DNA of 64,000 nucleotides. It comes from Octopus bimaculoides (taxonomy: Eukaryota). The notes below the pieces were generated by a model, which did no database searches, had not been told where the DNA came from, and worked only from the letters and a program-made list of their open reading frames with translations. The DNA lies in contig NC_068999.1 of NCBI RefSeq assembly GCF_001194135.2, positions 53,999,947 to 54,063,946 of the forward strand, given 5' to 3'. Position numbers and translations under genes: made by a program. Shown piece after piece: positions 12,813 through 26,029 of this stretch (positions within the stretch are counted from its first letter, which is position 1; each line of letters starts with the position of its first letter).

Positions 12813-13830
12813 GGAGCGAGCGGGCACGCGCGTTTGTCTGATTTGTTGATGAAATACTTTGACCTAGATAAATGGAAATAGAGGAAGAGGGGGACGCAAA
12901 AGCAACAACCAATGACCACGCAAAGCTGTATAAAACTGTCGTTTTTTTTTTCCAGTAGAAAAATCAATTTAAACGGAGTAAGCTGATTCCAGATTTGATT
13001 TTGGCGGTTCAAATTTATCTCACTGCGCCTCACCCCTACCATATATAGGACATCTGGTTTTGTTTATCACTGTATCTATCACTACCACTACTTTCATGTC
13101 ATTCCCCGTACCAACCCACCACTACCACCACTACCACTAGAAAGATTTAGGCCACATTCTTTCAGTGTTTCATTGGAGGTGAAGCTGGTGTTTCATTTGT
13201 TGTTTGTTGGTTTAGGTAATGGTATTGTTATTGTTGTTGTTGGTTTCGGTAATGGTGTTGTTGTTTAGTGTCTAGTCAAAGGAATAATTTTCAGGTATGC
13301 GGGAACCTGTTATTGGGTCAAATATGTATTGAGAAAAAATAATAAACCTTGATTTTTACAATTTCACAGATTTGTAAGTTAAATTGTTGTAGCTTAAAGT
13401 GTTCAGTGTGGTATTTTAAAAACTTGGTCGGTGAAACCCTTCAGATGCAGGATTTTACCCCACTCCTGAACTAAGAAGTCTAACTATATACCCTTCTTGC
13501 TTTCTCATCAGTATATAGGTGAACTATATGAACCTTATATTATATTTTGTGCCCTTTTCCTTTTACGACGAAGTGGCGTGTTTCGAGGGAGCTTTGGCTA
13601 CTGATTCCAGTGTAGGTCCCTTGTTTCTAATCAGCTCGGCTGATTGATGAGACCAAATCTATGGATACAAAGCCTTCCAGTCATGACGTTCATGTCTTTT
13701 TTTAATTTTTTTATTTTAGTAGCAATATTTTAGTTACTACTAGTACTACTACTGCAGTTGTTGTTCTTCTTAGAACTCCCTTTATTTTTAGCGAAATCTG
13801 ACCTCATAACGATTAGATGCCTGACCTAGA

Positions 13831-13871
<41 letters not shown>

Positions 13872-14479
13872 ACAGCATCCCCACCACTACTACTGATGCT
13901 GTCATTATCAATTTGAAAATCGTAATGAATCTCGCAAGACTCAAGTCAAATCTTTCCGATTCATGTACCAAGTATATTCAATGGACGAAGTGCAACAAAA
14001 AAACATATTGGAACGGTGCTGCTATGCAAAATACTAAACATGCATTGACGTGCTAGAGACATGTACACGTAGAGGAACTGAGATACATAAAAATAATGGC
14101 TATCGGAAGGCATGAAGGAACTTCTTCACGCAAGGTTTTCCAGAGTTATTTGTTAAAGTTACTACCCGTGAAACATGAGCAGAGTCCAACAATCCGTATC
14201 TCTGTCGTCAGTGAAGCTTATAATAAGAATAACGAAGTCTGGTATCATCCCTTGAAAATTCATTAATTTTTGGCGCAAACCTACCTCTAATGCACAGCGT
14301 ACCAGATTGACACGGTGACAGCCAACTACCGTACTGGACGGGCAGATCTAAATACGAACTTCAGTCACTCGTACTTTCTCCATTATATATCATAACGATT
14401 AATAATTAGTAAACTATATTAATTAAGATGTTTATCTATAACTGCCATTACATATAAAATCAAAGTGCACACTAAAACA

Positions 14480-14995
14480 TGAAGGCCACTTGACATTGCC
14501 GTAGCGAGAGATTATTCTCTCTCCAAAGCACTGCCGTAGCAACTACATTGTTTCTCTTGCGGTATGAGCAGTTGCCCCATCTTGCTGGAACCATGTATGA
14601 GGTCTATTTTGAATGGCCTTCACGTTCCCCAGACTTAACTAGCCTAGATTTTTTCTTGTGGGGATACCTGAAAGAGAGGATTTATGCCAAAAAACCAGAG
14701 ACCCTGATGCAACTGAAGGAGAACATCAATAGAGAAATCAAAGAAGTGGGGTCTGAAACTCTTGAGGGTGTTATGGTGCAAGTTTTGGAAAGAGCACGGG
14801 CATGCGAAGCTGAAAATGGCTACCATTTAAGTGATATCATTTTTCATATGTGATGTAGTGGTGTTGCAAAATTTGACTTGTGCATATTAATTTCCATTAT
14901 GTCCTTTATACTGTATCAAAATTTCATGCATTTATTTGTAAAATTAAGGAAGTTATTAAAAATTGAAACCCTTCAGTGACTTTTGGGACACGCTG
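14480..14995 (+). mobile_element. Mariner-like transposase remnant with right TIR and an internal inversion
   Basis: Plus strand 14611-14853: EWPSRSPDLTSLDFFLWGYLKERIYAKKPETLMQLKENI... Minus strand 14608-14480: RPHTWFQQDGATAHTARETM*LLRQCFGERIISRYGNVKWPS. Right end ...ttttgggacacgctg|TA at 14995. Confidence 0.9.
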
Positions 14996-15156
14996 TACAT
15001 GTCCATTTATACACACACGTACAAGCATAATTGAAATAAATAGATCTGCGTCAGTTCAATGATGATTCAGTTATAGTTATTTGATCAACTGAACTACCCA
15101 ATCAATGGAGGAGCATGTGACATGCTGAGCATTCTACATTAACATAAAATAATCCA

Positions 15157-15597
15157 AGGCGCAGGAGTAGCTCTGTGGTAAGTAGCTTGCTTACCAACCA
15201 CATGGTTCAGAGTTCATTCCTACTGCGTGGCACCTTGGGCAAGTGTCTTCTACTATAGCCTCTGGCCGACAAAGCCTTGTGAGTGGATTTGGTAGACAGA
15301 AATTGAAAGAAACCCGTCGTATATATATATATATATATATATATANNNNNNNNNNNNNNNNNNNNNNNNNNNNNNNNNNNNNNNNNNNNNNNNNNNNNNN
15401 NNNNNNNNNNNNNNNNNNNNNGCTGGTGTGTTTACGTCCCCGTAACTTAGCGGTTCGGCAAAAGAGATCGATAGTATAAGTACTAGGCTTCCAAAGAATA
15501 AGTCCTGTGGTTGATTTGCTCGACTAAAGGCGATGCTCCAGAATGGCCGCAGTCAAACGACTGAAACAAGTAAAAGAGTAAAAGAGTAAAGAGTAGG
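15157..15597 (+). mobile_element. SINE family A, full length across a gap
   Basis: Head ggcgcaggagtagctctgtggtaagtagc, CORE-like ggcaccttgggcaagtg, tail (gtaaaaga)n. Confidence 0.85.
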
Positions 15598-15844
15598 TAG
15601 AATCAACATGACATGGTGTGTAGCAAAGCTGTACCTTTGAATTAGAGATGCTAACCATGAAACAGGCTTCTGCACAGTTTCCATTTTACTAGTTTCGTTC
15701 ACAAGGATTGGGTCAACCTGAGTGTGTGATAAAAGATGTTTGCTCAAACTGCAATGCAATGGAATCGATCCTGGACTTCATGATTATGAAGCAAACTACT
15801 TAACTATTTGACCATGCTGCTTCCACATCTACTACATATGAAGG

Positions 15845-16200
15845 AAATTCTGTCTGTGGTTGTGTATGCTTGTGGAGTTGTTAGCTAACTCCTCCTACAT
15901 TGTTTTATCGATTTTGATGAAACTTGACACGTGAGTAGAACTCATGTCTGGAAACTTCGTGGCATACTCAGATTGTTGAGAAAAAAAATCGATAATGGGG
16001 CCCCTGGAAGGGATCCTTATATATAACTAATATATTTTATTTTATCAGCCAAGGGAAATAACCCACTCATTTTCCTATATTATTTGGTATAAATCAAATT
16101 GAGCATGCTTATTTCTTAGTATTTGAACTGTTAGAGTTATTTTCACAATTTATCCAGTACAACCCTTAAACAAGTAAACAGTATTTTCCTAAACAATAGA
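15845..16200. mobile_element. Probable non-autonomous DNA element fragment (DINE/Helentron-associated-like)
   Basis: Motif aactcctcctac...cgattttgatgaaacttgacac resembles recalled DINE-like cores. No termini identified. Confidence 0.35.
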
Positions 16201-17472
16201 CCCACTTAATGATGGAAGCAGTATTAATGCTGAATCACAATCTTTATATCTTGTGTGTGTGTGTGCGTGCGCATGTGTGTACACATGTATACACATACAT
16301 ACTGTGGCCTCTCCTCAGAGTTTCTGTTAATCAAATTTACTCACAAAGCAATGGTAGGTCCAGAGCTACAGAAGAAGATACATGTCCAGGGTGCCATGCA
16401 GTGAGACTGAACTCAAAACCATGTGGTTTCAAAGCAAGCTTCTTAAACAGACAGACATGCTTACACCTCATAAGATTTGTTTTTGCATCATTTATTTTAG
16501 TTTTTCAAGGTCTTACCTGATAATTTAACATTCCATCATGGGTAATATGGTTTTTTAAGGAGCAGAAAGGGGCCGGTTACTAGTGGGGAGTTGAGTTATG
16601 TGTGCATGTATGTGGGGTCTACCTGATTGTTTGACATAGCATCGTCAGTAATATAGCTTTTTTTAGAAGGCAGCAGAGGGGTGCTGGTGGTGGTTGCTAT
16701 AGGGGGGATATGTGTATGTAAAGATTTAAGCCTCCCCAGATGTTTAACATTGCATCATGGGTATACAATTGGGATTTGGCAGACGTTGATGGTGGAAGCA
16801 GAGGAAGCATTGGTGATGGTGGTGATGGATGTGTGTGTCTATGTATGTTTGAGTGCAAGTGTGTATGTGCGTGTTTAGTGGGTCTTTACTGTTGTAGCAT
16901 CAGAGTTAATAGAGTTGTAGGTGAGGGTGAGGAGGGTGGTAATAGTGATGCATGTGATGGGGTATTTCTGATGATGGTGGAGGTAGAGGTGATGGTGGCA
17001 ACAAGGATGAAGTGGTGGGATGGTAGAGGTTTTGGGGTGATGTGTTGGTGACTAACTAGGGATAGATGTGGGCATAGTTGAGTTGGGTTCAATCCTGCTG
17101 TGTGGCATCTTGGGTAGTGTTTTTTTTTTATGGATTGCTTTGAATCAACCCATGCTTTGTGGGGTGGAAATGAGTAGGCAGAAACTGGCAGAAATGTTAC
17201 CACATCGGGCGAAATGCTTAGCAGTATTTCGTCTGCTGTTACATTCTGAGTTCAAATTCCACCAAGGTCGACTTTGCCTTTCATCCTTTCGCGGTCGATA
17301 AATTAAGTACCAGTTACACACTGGGGTCGATATAACCGACTTAATCCCTCTGTCTGTCCTTGTTTGTCCCCTCTGTGTTTAGCCCCCTGGGGGCAATAAA
17401 GAAACAAGAAACTGGGGAAGTCTGGTGGATGTATTATATCTGTGACTGAAAGGGCAGGCATTGTTACATACA

Positions 17473-17523
17473 GTGTTACACTCAGTCTACCTGTGTTACA
17501 CTCAGTCTACCTGTGTTACACTC
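17473..17523. repeat. 20-bp tandem repeat x2.5 (gtgttacactcagtctacct)
   Basis: Exact copies at 17473-17492 and 17493-17512, plus a partial third. Confidence 0.95.
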
Positions 17524-17946
17524 TCATTCTACATCAAGGTAACATATGCCTGTGGAATAGTCAAGCTTTTCCACTATCATTCAACGAACTCGGTTGATTG
17601 AACAACTGGAATATTCATCAACAAAACCGACAAAGGTTTACTTAGTTTTACTTACAAGTCGTGGTGGAGGTGGTGGTGGTGTGTGTGTGTGTGGTTATAC
17701 TTATATTATGTCTCATCTGATGTCTGACAGCATTCTGGGTGCCATGTTGGTGATGCTGGTGCAAACGTTGGTATGTTTATATGTGTGTGTGTATGTGCAT
17801 CCATGTTGTGGTATATAGGAGGCTTACCCGAGGTCTCTACCAACATTTTGGGTGGAAAGTGTAGAAAAATAACAGGAAACTGGGGGAGGTAATGCTATGT
17901 GTGTGTGTATGTGTATGTGTGTGTGTGTGTGTGTGTNNNNNNNNNN

Positions 17947-17981
<35 letters not shown>

Positions 17982-18434
17982 TTATACACACACACACACA
18001 GAGAAAGGGAGGAAGGGATATACAAGTATAGTAGGTACCTGCTGCCTCTTCAATTAGGGTTTGTGGTAAGCTATAGGGATCTGTAGAAAATAAAAGTATA
18101 TACATACACATATATGTGTGTGTGTAAAGATATATATATGTATATATACAGAGCAACTTTTTTTTTTCAGACATTATATATATTATGTGAGATTGTGTGA
18201 AGACAAGCATAACGTGTTCTAACACCATCACTTCTTTCTTATCAGCCTCTCTTATACACCAGCTCCCTCATCTGCATCTGTAACCTCTGCTGCCACCACC
18301 AACATCACCACCGCCGCCGCCGCCGCCACCACCACCACCACTGGAACAGCTGGCAATATGTTACAACATATCCATGTTTGTACACCTGACCTTAAGAATA
18401 TTATAGCTCCACCCACAGACAGGCACACAACACA

Positions 18435-18566
<132 letters not shown>

Positions 18567-18909
18567 CACACACACACATATACATCACACATGCATTTAC
18601 AGTATATGATTTAGATATAAATCTCTCTCTCTTTGATGTGTCTTGGGTTTTCATGTGTACAGGTATTTCTATCTTTCTATATTTCTGTGTGAATCTGTGT
18701 ATTATCTGTATATAGATACAGGTTTGTGTGTGTGTGTGTGTGTGCATGTATGTATATCTGTGTGTGTGTGTGTGTGGTTTGCCAATGTTCTTACAGTGTG
18801 AGGATCAGAGACATTGAAGTGTTCTGCATTGCACAACACTGTATTAAAGAGAATTAAAATGTTGTGGGTGAGAAGTGAGTATGGATAGATAATGGCACGC
18901 TTGCATTCA

Positions 18910-19815
18910 GTGAATCTGAAAAGAAAGGGGCACGGAAGTGCTACTATGAAAGGCTACAAAATGTGGAGAATGTAGAGGGGAGAGTGTTTCTAATGTGAAC
19001 CTGGCAGAGGGTCCTGCCATTCTGGTTGACAGCAGTATGACAGATAAAGCAATTAAGGGTATGAAGACAGAGAAAGCTCCTGTTCCATCAAGAATTACCA
19101 CTGCAATGCTTAAAATGCTTAAAATATCAGATGTGTGGGATATGGCCAAATCATGTAAATAGTTAATCAGGTTGTACAGAAAGGTATCATACCCAATGAC
19201 TAGTGTAGCAGCATCATAGTGAACTGTTGCAAGGGTAAAAGACATGCCTTATATAAAAGTAATTATGGAGGTCAAATTGCTGGACTAGGTCATGATAGTT
19301 ACATTTAGAGTTATACTCTAACTAATTAGGATGAGAGTTAGTGCAGATGAGATGCAGCTTAGTTTTGTGCAAGGGAGAAATACTACTAATATTCTCTTTA
19401 TAGTAAAGCAACTGAAGGAGAACTATTTGACAAAAAGTAAACTGCTACATTTGGCATTCATCAACCTGGAGAAAACATCTGGCAGGATCCCTCACGAACT
19501 GATCTGGTGGTCACTGTGGAGGAGTGGCTGTGTGAGCCATTCAAGTCATCTGCTGGCAGTAAAGTGAGAGTTAGCAATGAATGCAGCAATGAATTTAGTC
19601 TGCAGGTAGTTCACCAGAGCTTGATTCAAAGTTCCCTCCTATTCCTCATAGTCCTCCAGGCCATAACAGAGAAGTTTAAAACCAGCTGCCTGTGGGAACT
19701 TTTGTTCTTACAGCTGAATCTATGCTAGAATTTGAATAGAAATTCCAGACATGGAACCAAAACCTGGATTCAAAGGGCCTTAAAGTTAACTTAGCAAAGA
19801 CTAAAGTTTATTAAG
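18910..19815 (+). mobile_element. RTE-clade LINE reverse transcriptase remnant
   Basis: Decayed RT motifs: EMQLSFVQGRNTTNILFIVKQLKENYL...LHLAFINLEKT (ORF 19331..19567), VHQSLIQSSLLFLIVLQAITEKFKTSCLWELLF, and GLKVNLAKTKV. Confidence 0.85.
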
Positions 19816-19974
19816 CAACAACAGGAAAACAGAGAGGACTTAATTTCTTTTGGGTGAATAGCCCTTTTCAGTGGAGTACTGGGGTCAATGTAATCGACTT
19901 AGCCTCTACCTTGAAACTGCTGACCTTGTGCCAAAATTTGAAACCAATGTTAATAATAAACATTCAGAAAGATA

Positions 19975-20737
19975 TTGTGACAAAGATTTGAAGAAGTCAT
20001 AAAGGATGATGTGACTGAATTGCTAGTGTCCCAGGAAGAAAGTTTAACAAGGAGCTGATGCTGGAAAAAAAAAATAAACAAGCTGTGGATACAGATGAGA
20101 CAATGGAAGTTCCATCTGCATCCCTTAAATTGGCTCCAAAAATTATTGCTAAAGGATTGGCATTTATAGAAGGCCTGCAGGTTTTCGCTGATAATGATTC
20201 TAATCATGAAAATAACAGAATTTACAAGAGGCGTTTACAATGAGCTCAGTTTCTACAGTGAGCTATACAAGATGATGCATCATAAACAACAAACAATTTT
20301 GGTTAAGTTCTTCAACCCTCAGGCTGATGTTCATGATAAAGAACTTATAAGATAGTAATTATTGTCCCTCACCCTCCTAGTAACACTCATTCCACCACCT
20401 ATCTTCATACAATAGTCAACATCTTTTGTGGTAAAAACATACTCTTATGATATTAAAATTCTTATTAATTCCCTAACTTATTCCTCTTAAAATGTTTTTG
20501 TTTTTATGCATCTGTATTGTACCATGTATGTTTAGATTTAGTTATTTTTATGCATTAATCGTAGCCATGTTGCTTGCTCTGTTGTTTTCTTGTGCATTTT
20601 TTCGGAAAAGTCCATAGGAACACAACCTCACCTGATAATATTAAAACCAATAGGAAAGTTTAATTTCGCATTACAGAATTTTACATTACAGCCAGATTTT
20701 CAGGAATGCATTATTTCCACAAAGAGAGGGGTTCCTG
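19975..20737 (+). mobile_element. pogo/Tigger-type DNA transposon 3' remnant
   Basis: IIAKGLAFIEGLQVFADNDSNHE...FYSELYKM...QQTILVKFF resembles the pogo transposase C-terminus. Right end ...gagaggggttcctg|TA at 20737. Confidence 0.65.
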
Positions 20738-21463
20738 TATTTATATAGACATCTTATGATTGTCACTGAAATTCACAAAACACAATTTTGTAAATCGATG
20801 CACAGATTTACTTCATCATAATAATATCCATACCATGAAAGTATGAAAGTAATAGAATTGTTTTCAATGGAGATATAGACGATGAAATTGTAGGAAAAAT
20901 GTAATTTCTCTGTAGTGTAAAGAGAGAGAGGTAATATTGGTGGTGGTCTTGGAGAAACGAAGCAGTGTGTGTGTAAGTATGAGTGAGGGGAAATAAAGTT
21001 TATGAGTATGATAGAGAAAGAGAGAGAGAAGTGTGAAAAGTATTTTAAAGTGTTGAAGGAGAATTAAAAGAGAATAGAGAAATGCAAGCCTCAATGAGTG
21101 TATAGTATTTATGCAGATGGGAGGGGGAAGGTAGAGAGTAAGAGTGTAAGAACTGAAAGCTGGGAACGGTTAAGTGGAGGCGTGTGCGTGCGATATTACA
21201 AAGAAGACCAGTTTATGAGAGGAGAAACAGAAGCACTTAATGGTTGTACACAGGATGTGAAGGTCTTCCACTTTCAATCTGGGATGGTCTTTATCTAATT
21301 CACCTCTCTCTCTCTCTCTCTTTGTACACACACATGTTTATCTGTTGGTCTATCTGCCTGTCTGTCTGTAGGTTTTTCATTGCTAACATGACAAATAGAA
21401 CTCAAAACATGAGTGTGTGTATATATATATATATATCTATTTTCTTTTATCAATATTCAGCAA

Positions 21464-21572
21464 AAGCAAGAGTGACTGAGGGGTCGAGAGTTACATGCGT
21501 TAGCACTTATCGAATAAAAGTGTGATAAGCGCCAACACAAGAAACTTTGGGCCCCTGAATCACTCTGTTGCT
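21464..21572. repeat. Palindromic element with decayed hammerhead-like cores, copy 2
   Basis: Arms 21464-21511 and 21524-21572 are imperfect reverse complements. Homologous to 4280-4362. Preceded by (TA)n. Confidence 0.65.
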
Positions 21573-22201
21573 TGTCTCAAGCAACAACGGTTAATGTATA
21601 GAATAGGACAATGTCTACGGGGTTAAACGCCGTCTCACACTATGACATTATAGCAAAACCTATTTTATATTCGTTCAATGTCTTTCATAGCGTCTCCTAC
21701 CAACAGCATTTAAACACACATTTTGTTCTACTATATGTTCTTTTATTCTCTTACATATTTCAGTCATTTGACTGCAGCCATGCTGGAGAACCGTCTTGAA
21801 AGGTTTTAGTCGGATAAATCAACCCCGGCACTTACTCTCTGTTAGCCTAGTACTTATTCTATCAGTCTCTTTTGCCAAACTGCTAAGTTATGGCAACATA
21901 AACACACAACCATTGGTTGTCGAGCGATGGTGGGGTGGGGGCTGGGCAAAATACAAAGACACACAAATATATATACATACACACACACACATATATACAC
22001 ACATGATGGGCTTCTTTCAGTTTCTGTCTACCAATTCCATTCGCAAGGCTTTAGTCAGCCTGAAGCTATAGAAGACACTTGCCCAAGGTGCCACATAGTG
22101 GGACCCATGTGGTTGGAATGCAAGCTTCTTACCACACAGCCACATCTGCATCTTCACAGTCAAAAATAAAAGTCTGCATCATAAGATGAAAGATATGACA
22201 G

Positions 22202-22401
22202 AAATTGTTTTTAACAGTGGAACTTGAAGTAGATAAAGCTATAAATGTCAGCATGTAGAAAATTTGGTTAAAAAACTGGTTGGATGGAAAAAGTTCAAGG
22301 TGGTCTTCAACTTTTTCTACCCAACTGGTTTTTATCCCAATATTCTATATGCTGTTATTTATAGCTTTATCTACTTCAAGTTCCACCATCAAAAATAATT
22401 T
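22202..22401. repeat. About 200-bp fold-back palindrome (arms of about 98 nt, 5-nt loop)
   Basis: gtggaacttgaagtagataaagctataaat (22217-22246) is the exact reverse complement of 22357-22386. Inner and outer flanks pair imperfectly around loop gtggt (22300-22304). Confidence 0.95.
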
Positions 22402-23237
22402 ATTGAAAAAATGTACTTGGAAAAGTTAAAGGCTTAGGTTGCTGTTACTGAATTGAATTCTAGACATTTTATCTTCCGTATGTACACATAATTACAATCT
22501 TGGAACACCTGGATAAACCTCACACAACCAATACTATTAATACAACCACAATTATAACCAGCAACACTGTCATAGGTGGTGATAATGGTAATGGTATTAA
22601 TGCTGATAATAGTATGAAGGGGATTGTGATATCAGTAATTGTGGAGATGATGTCAGTAGACGAAATAGAATAAGCAGCAGTAGCCATCACAGAGAAAGTA
22701 GGGGTTAGAATACTAGTGGTGGTAGTAGTTATAAAAGTGGAGGTGGTAGTGAATTGAACGTGTGTTCTCTACTATGCAGTTAAATAATGAATGACTGAAC
22801 GCTGGTTTGTGAAAATGATTCAGATAGTCCCACTCTCACCGCCAATCACTGCACCAACACTACCAACACCATCACTACACAACCACACCCAGCTCAATCA
22901 CTGGTTATACAACTGGCACCGCTGCTACTACTATCTACATATTTCTGGGTTAGGTGCCAGTGTTAGCAGGTAAATGTGTTTATCAAGTCTGGGGAGAGGT
23001 GTGGGGGAAACATTTATGTATATAGGGTGTGGTGAATGTATATGTGTTAGGAATAGTATATGATGTTATGTGTATATGTATGTGTATATGTATGTGTATA
23101 TGTATGTGTATATGTATGTGTATGTGTATGTGGTGGTGTGCATGAACCCAATTCAATTTTTGTGTGTGTGTGAAGAATTTGCATACACTATTTTAAATAA
23201 ATAAATTATGATGTACAGCTAGACAACATACATACGT

Positions 23238-23298
<61 letters not shown>

Positions 23299-24042
23299 CC
23301 ACAAAATGTCCCAAAACTCGAAGTCATTAATTAAGTATTATTCTAGCCAAAAGAGATTACTCATGAAATCAATCAGGCAATATTAATATATGTAATCATA
23401 AACCACAAACACAAAAACTAGTTCAGCCTTACTAGAATGAAGGTGGACTCAGAATAATGAGACCCCAATATATAAAAGATTCACAAACACGTATATCAAA
23501 CATACATTCTCTTCATCAGCTGTCTAATGAATATCACAATGGTTTCAGCACCTAGGAAGGACCATTCAATCCAGCAGTATCAACAATGTTAAAAACATAA
23601 ACCCTGCCTGAGAATCAATAGACAAGCAGTAGGAGTGCAATATTAACATAATATACCCATACACGAACAACTGATTATAATAATAACATCACACACATAC
23701 AAAATAGTATTAACTTATAACTACAAAGCTAGAAATAAAAAAAAAAGCAGTATCTATAAAACAAAGTAAATTCCTCCCACAAATGGCATCCAAAAACTAT
23801 AGTACACAATAAAACTAGTGAACCAATTGTATTGAACAAAACCTACTGAACCACCGATACATAACATGGTAATTACAACACAACAAACAACAAAACTAGA
23901 ACTTCAAACACACACATGGTGTTTGATCTAACTTTGATGATTTTTTTATGTCTCTCTTTTTTTTTCTTTTTTTTTTTCAGAAACAGCTTGATGTATTGGT
24001 GAAGTCAGCAGCATTGAAATTGTTGAGAAAAAGTTAACTGAC

Positions 24043-24610
24043 ATGGAGAACTGGAAGCTTTCCGAATATTAGAAAAGAATTTCCTGTATCACAATGATTT
24101 GTGCCAGGCATCAAAATGCCAACATCATGATTGCTGTTCAATGATCTGTGAACACTGTGAGGGCTGTAAGACGTGACATGGACAACTGCAATGGAGACTA
24201 CAATGCTAACGCCAGCACAAAGGGATACAATTACAGAAGGCATTCTGACTGCACAAACATGCCAGAATTCATCCCCACATTTTTGAACAGAGCCTTGCAC
24301 TCAATTCAGACAGCTATGTGAAGCTGCTGGAGACTCTGGTCAATATTTGGCTGGAGAGGGTTGCTTATGAAAGGCCATATGTGTGGCAGCAGGAATTGGA
24401 TCTTTGCTATACATCCGCAAAGAGTCAGTCAGAAATGATTGTTGGATAACTTCTGCAATTTCATTAGCCCTGATTTCTGGCCTCCTAATTCGGTCAATTG
24501 TAATACCACTGATTACTATCTGTGGGGTACAATTGAGAAAGACACCAACAGCTTTGCCTGCAACACCCAGGCCAAGCTGATGCCCAAGATCAACGTGTTC
24601 AAAGATCACA
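24043..24610 (+). mobile_element. Internally deleted mariner-like transposase remnant
   Basis: N-terminus MENWKLSEY*KR...AGHQNANIMIAVQ, then LNSDSYVKLLETLV..WLERVAYERPYVWQQE, then FWPPNSVNCNTTDYYLWGTIEKDTN (ORF 24439..24624), matching WQQD / WPPNSPDCNPLDYYVW motifs. Confidence 0.85.
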
Positions 24611-26029
24611 CACAACACAGATAAGTGTCAGTATTTCAAGTACTATACAACATAAATACTTAATTTATGGAAATTATTTCTACTTCTGGAGTAGGATGTG
24701 TCCCAATTATCAAACAATAACTGAGGCTAGCTCAATATGAGAAGAGAAGATAATCTCAAATTTCAAGAATTCTCCAATTTTGACATGCCATTAATGAAGA
24801 GGACAAGTTTATTGAATAGAGATAAATGGGCAGTTGTGGACACATGCTTGTCTCGACAGATGTCATCAGCATGGCAATTATCCTAACCAACAGCCAATGT
24901 ATTTGTGTGTGTGTGTGTGTGTGTGCGTGTGCACGCGTGTGTGTGTGTGTGCGTGTGCACGCGTGTGTGTGTGTGTGTGTGCACGCGTGTGTGTGTGTGT
25001 GTGTAATCTTAACTACCATATTAGGAAAGTTTTAATTGTGTGTCATACCCATTTGATAAGATCACACATGATTGAACCGGCTGTAATGTGGTACCTAACA
25101 TTGGTTCCAAATTTTGCTTATCTGCACTTACAGTTTGGTGTACATCTTCGCACTGTGTCTGAGAGCAGTGTCCATTGACGTCTACAAGTGGATATTTTTC
25201 TAAATCGGCCTTTATTGAGCAAACGCCTGAGTCATGGGGACTTGAACCATAGATTTCGTTAGACGTAGCATACCATCCCTGTAAATCATGAAGCTCATCT
25301 GCTGGTATTCTCTTCCACCTCAATATTAACCATGCCGAATAGGTTTTGTAAAATTATTGGCCAAACATCTAGAATATCCGATCGATTTTACTTATGATTA
25401 GGCCATTATATATAGACACAAACATCATCTTAAATGTAGCAGTGATCTGGTTAGGTATAGACAATAGGTTTGAATTCACATCATAAAGGGATTACCGCAA
25501 AGCATTTTGTTTGATGCTCTGCCGATTATAACCCCCCACACACACTGCTTTTCTAATATTACTAAAACTGAGATAACGAGTGTGTCTGTGGTCTCTAGAA
25601 ATAGAAACTAAATCTTTATCAAATCATAAAAAAGAAGGAAACCTTGGGTATTGAAAATCTTGATGTACTATGTCTGACAAAAAATTATGGAATATTCACT
25701 ATTCACAAAGCAACAACAAAATGTTTAATAATGTCTGTTGTTTCACTTCAAATATATTCCTTTGAAGACTGGATCTTCGCATTTGCTTGTGACTAACATT
25801 TCAGAGTATAACGTCTGTTAACTTCACTTCAATTTTTCCCCACTGTCCAAATCCAAAGACATTGCAATTGAGAGGTGTCAACCGACTCAATTCACCTTGC
25901 TTACATTGATGTCTATAAATAAATCCCGTCTCCTAAAAGAAAAAGAAAAAAAAGATGGAGAAAGAACGACAACAAATGAGAATAAAATGTAAGAAAAACT
26001 GGCTTTTTTCACACAAAAAGGTCACTTGC

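Noticed and set aside
15157-15240. tRNA-like sequences with A/B boxes (many copies)
   Set aside because: They do not fold into full cloverleaves and continue into SINE bodies. They are SINE heads, not tRNA genes.
25021-25323. 100-aa minus-strand ORF resembling a Tc1 C-terminus (WKRIPADELHDL)
   Set aside because: Similarity is limited to a few residues and no catalytic motif was found upstream.
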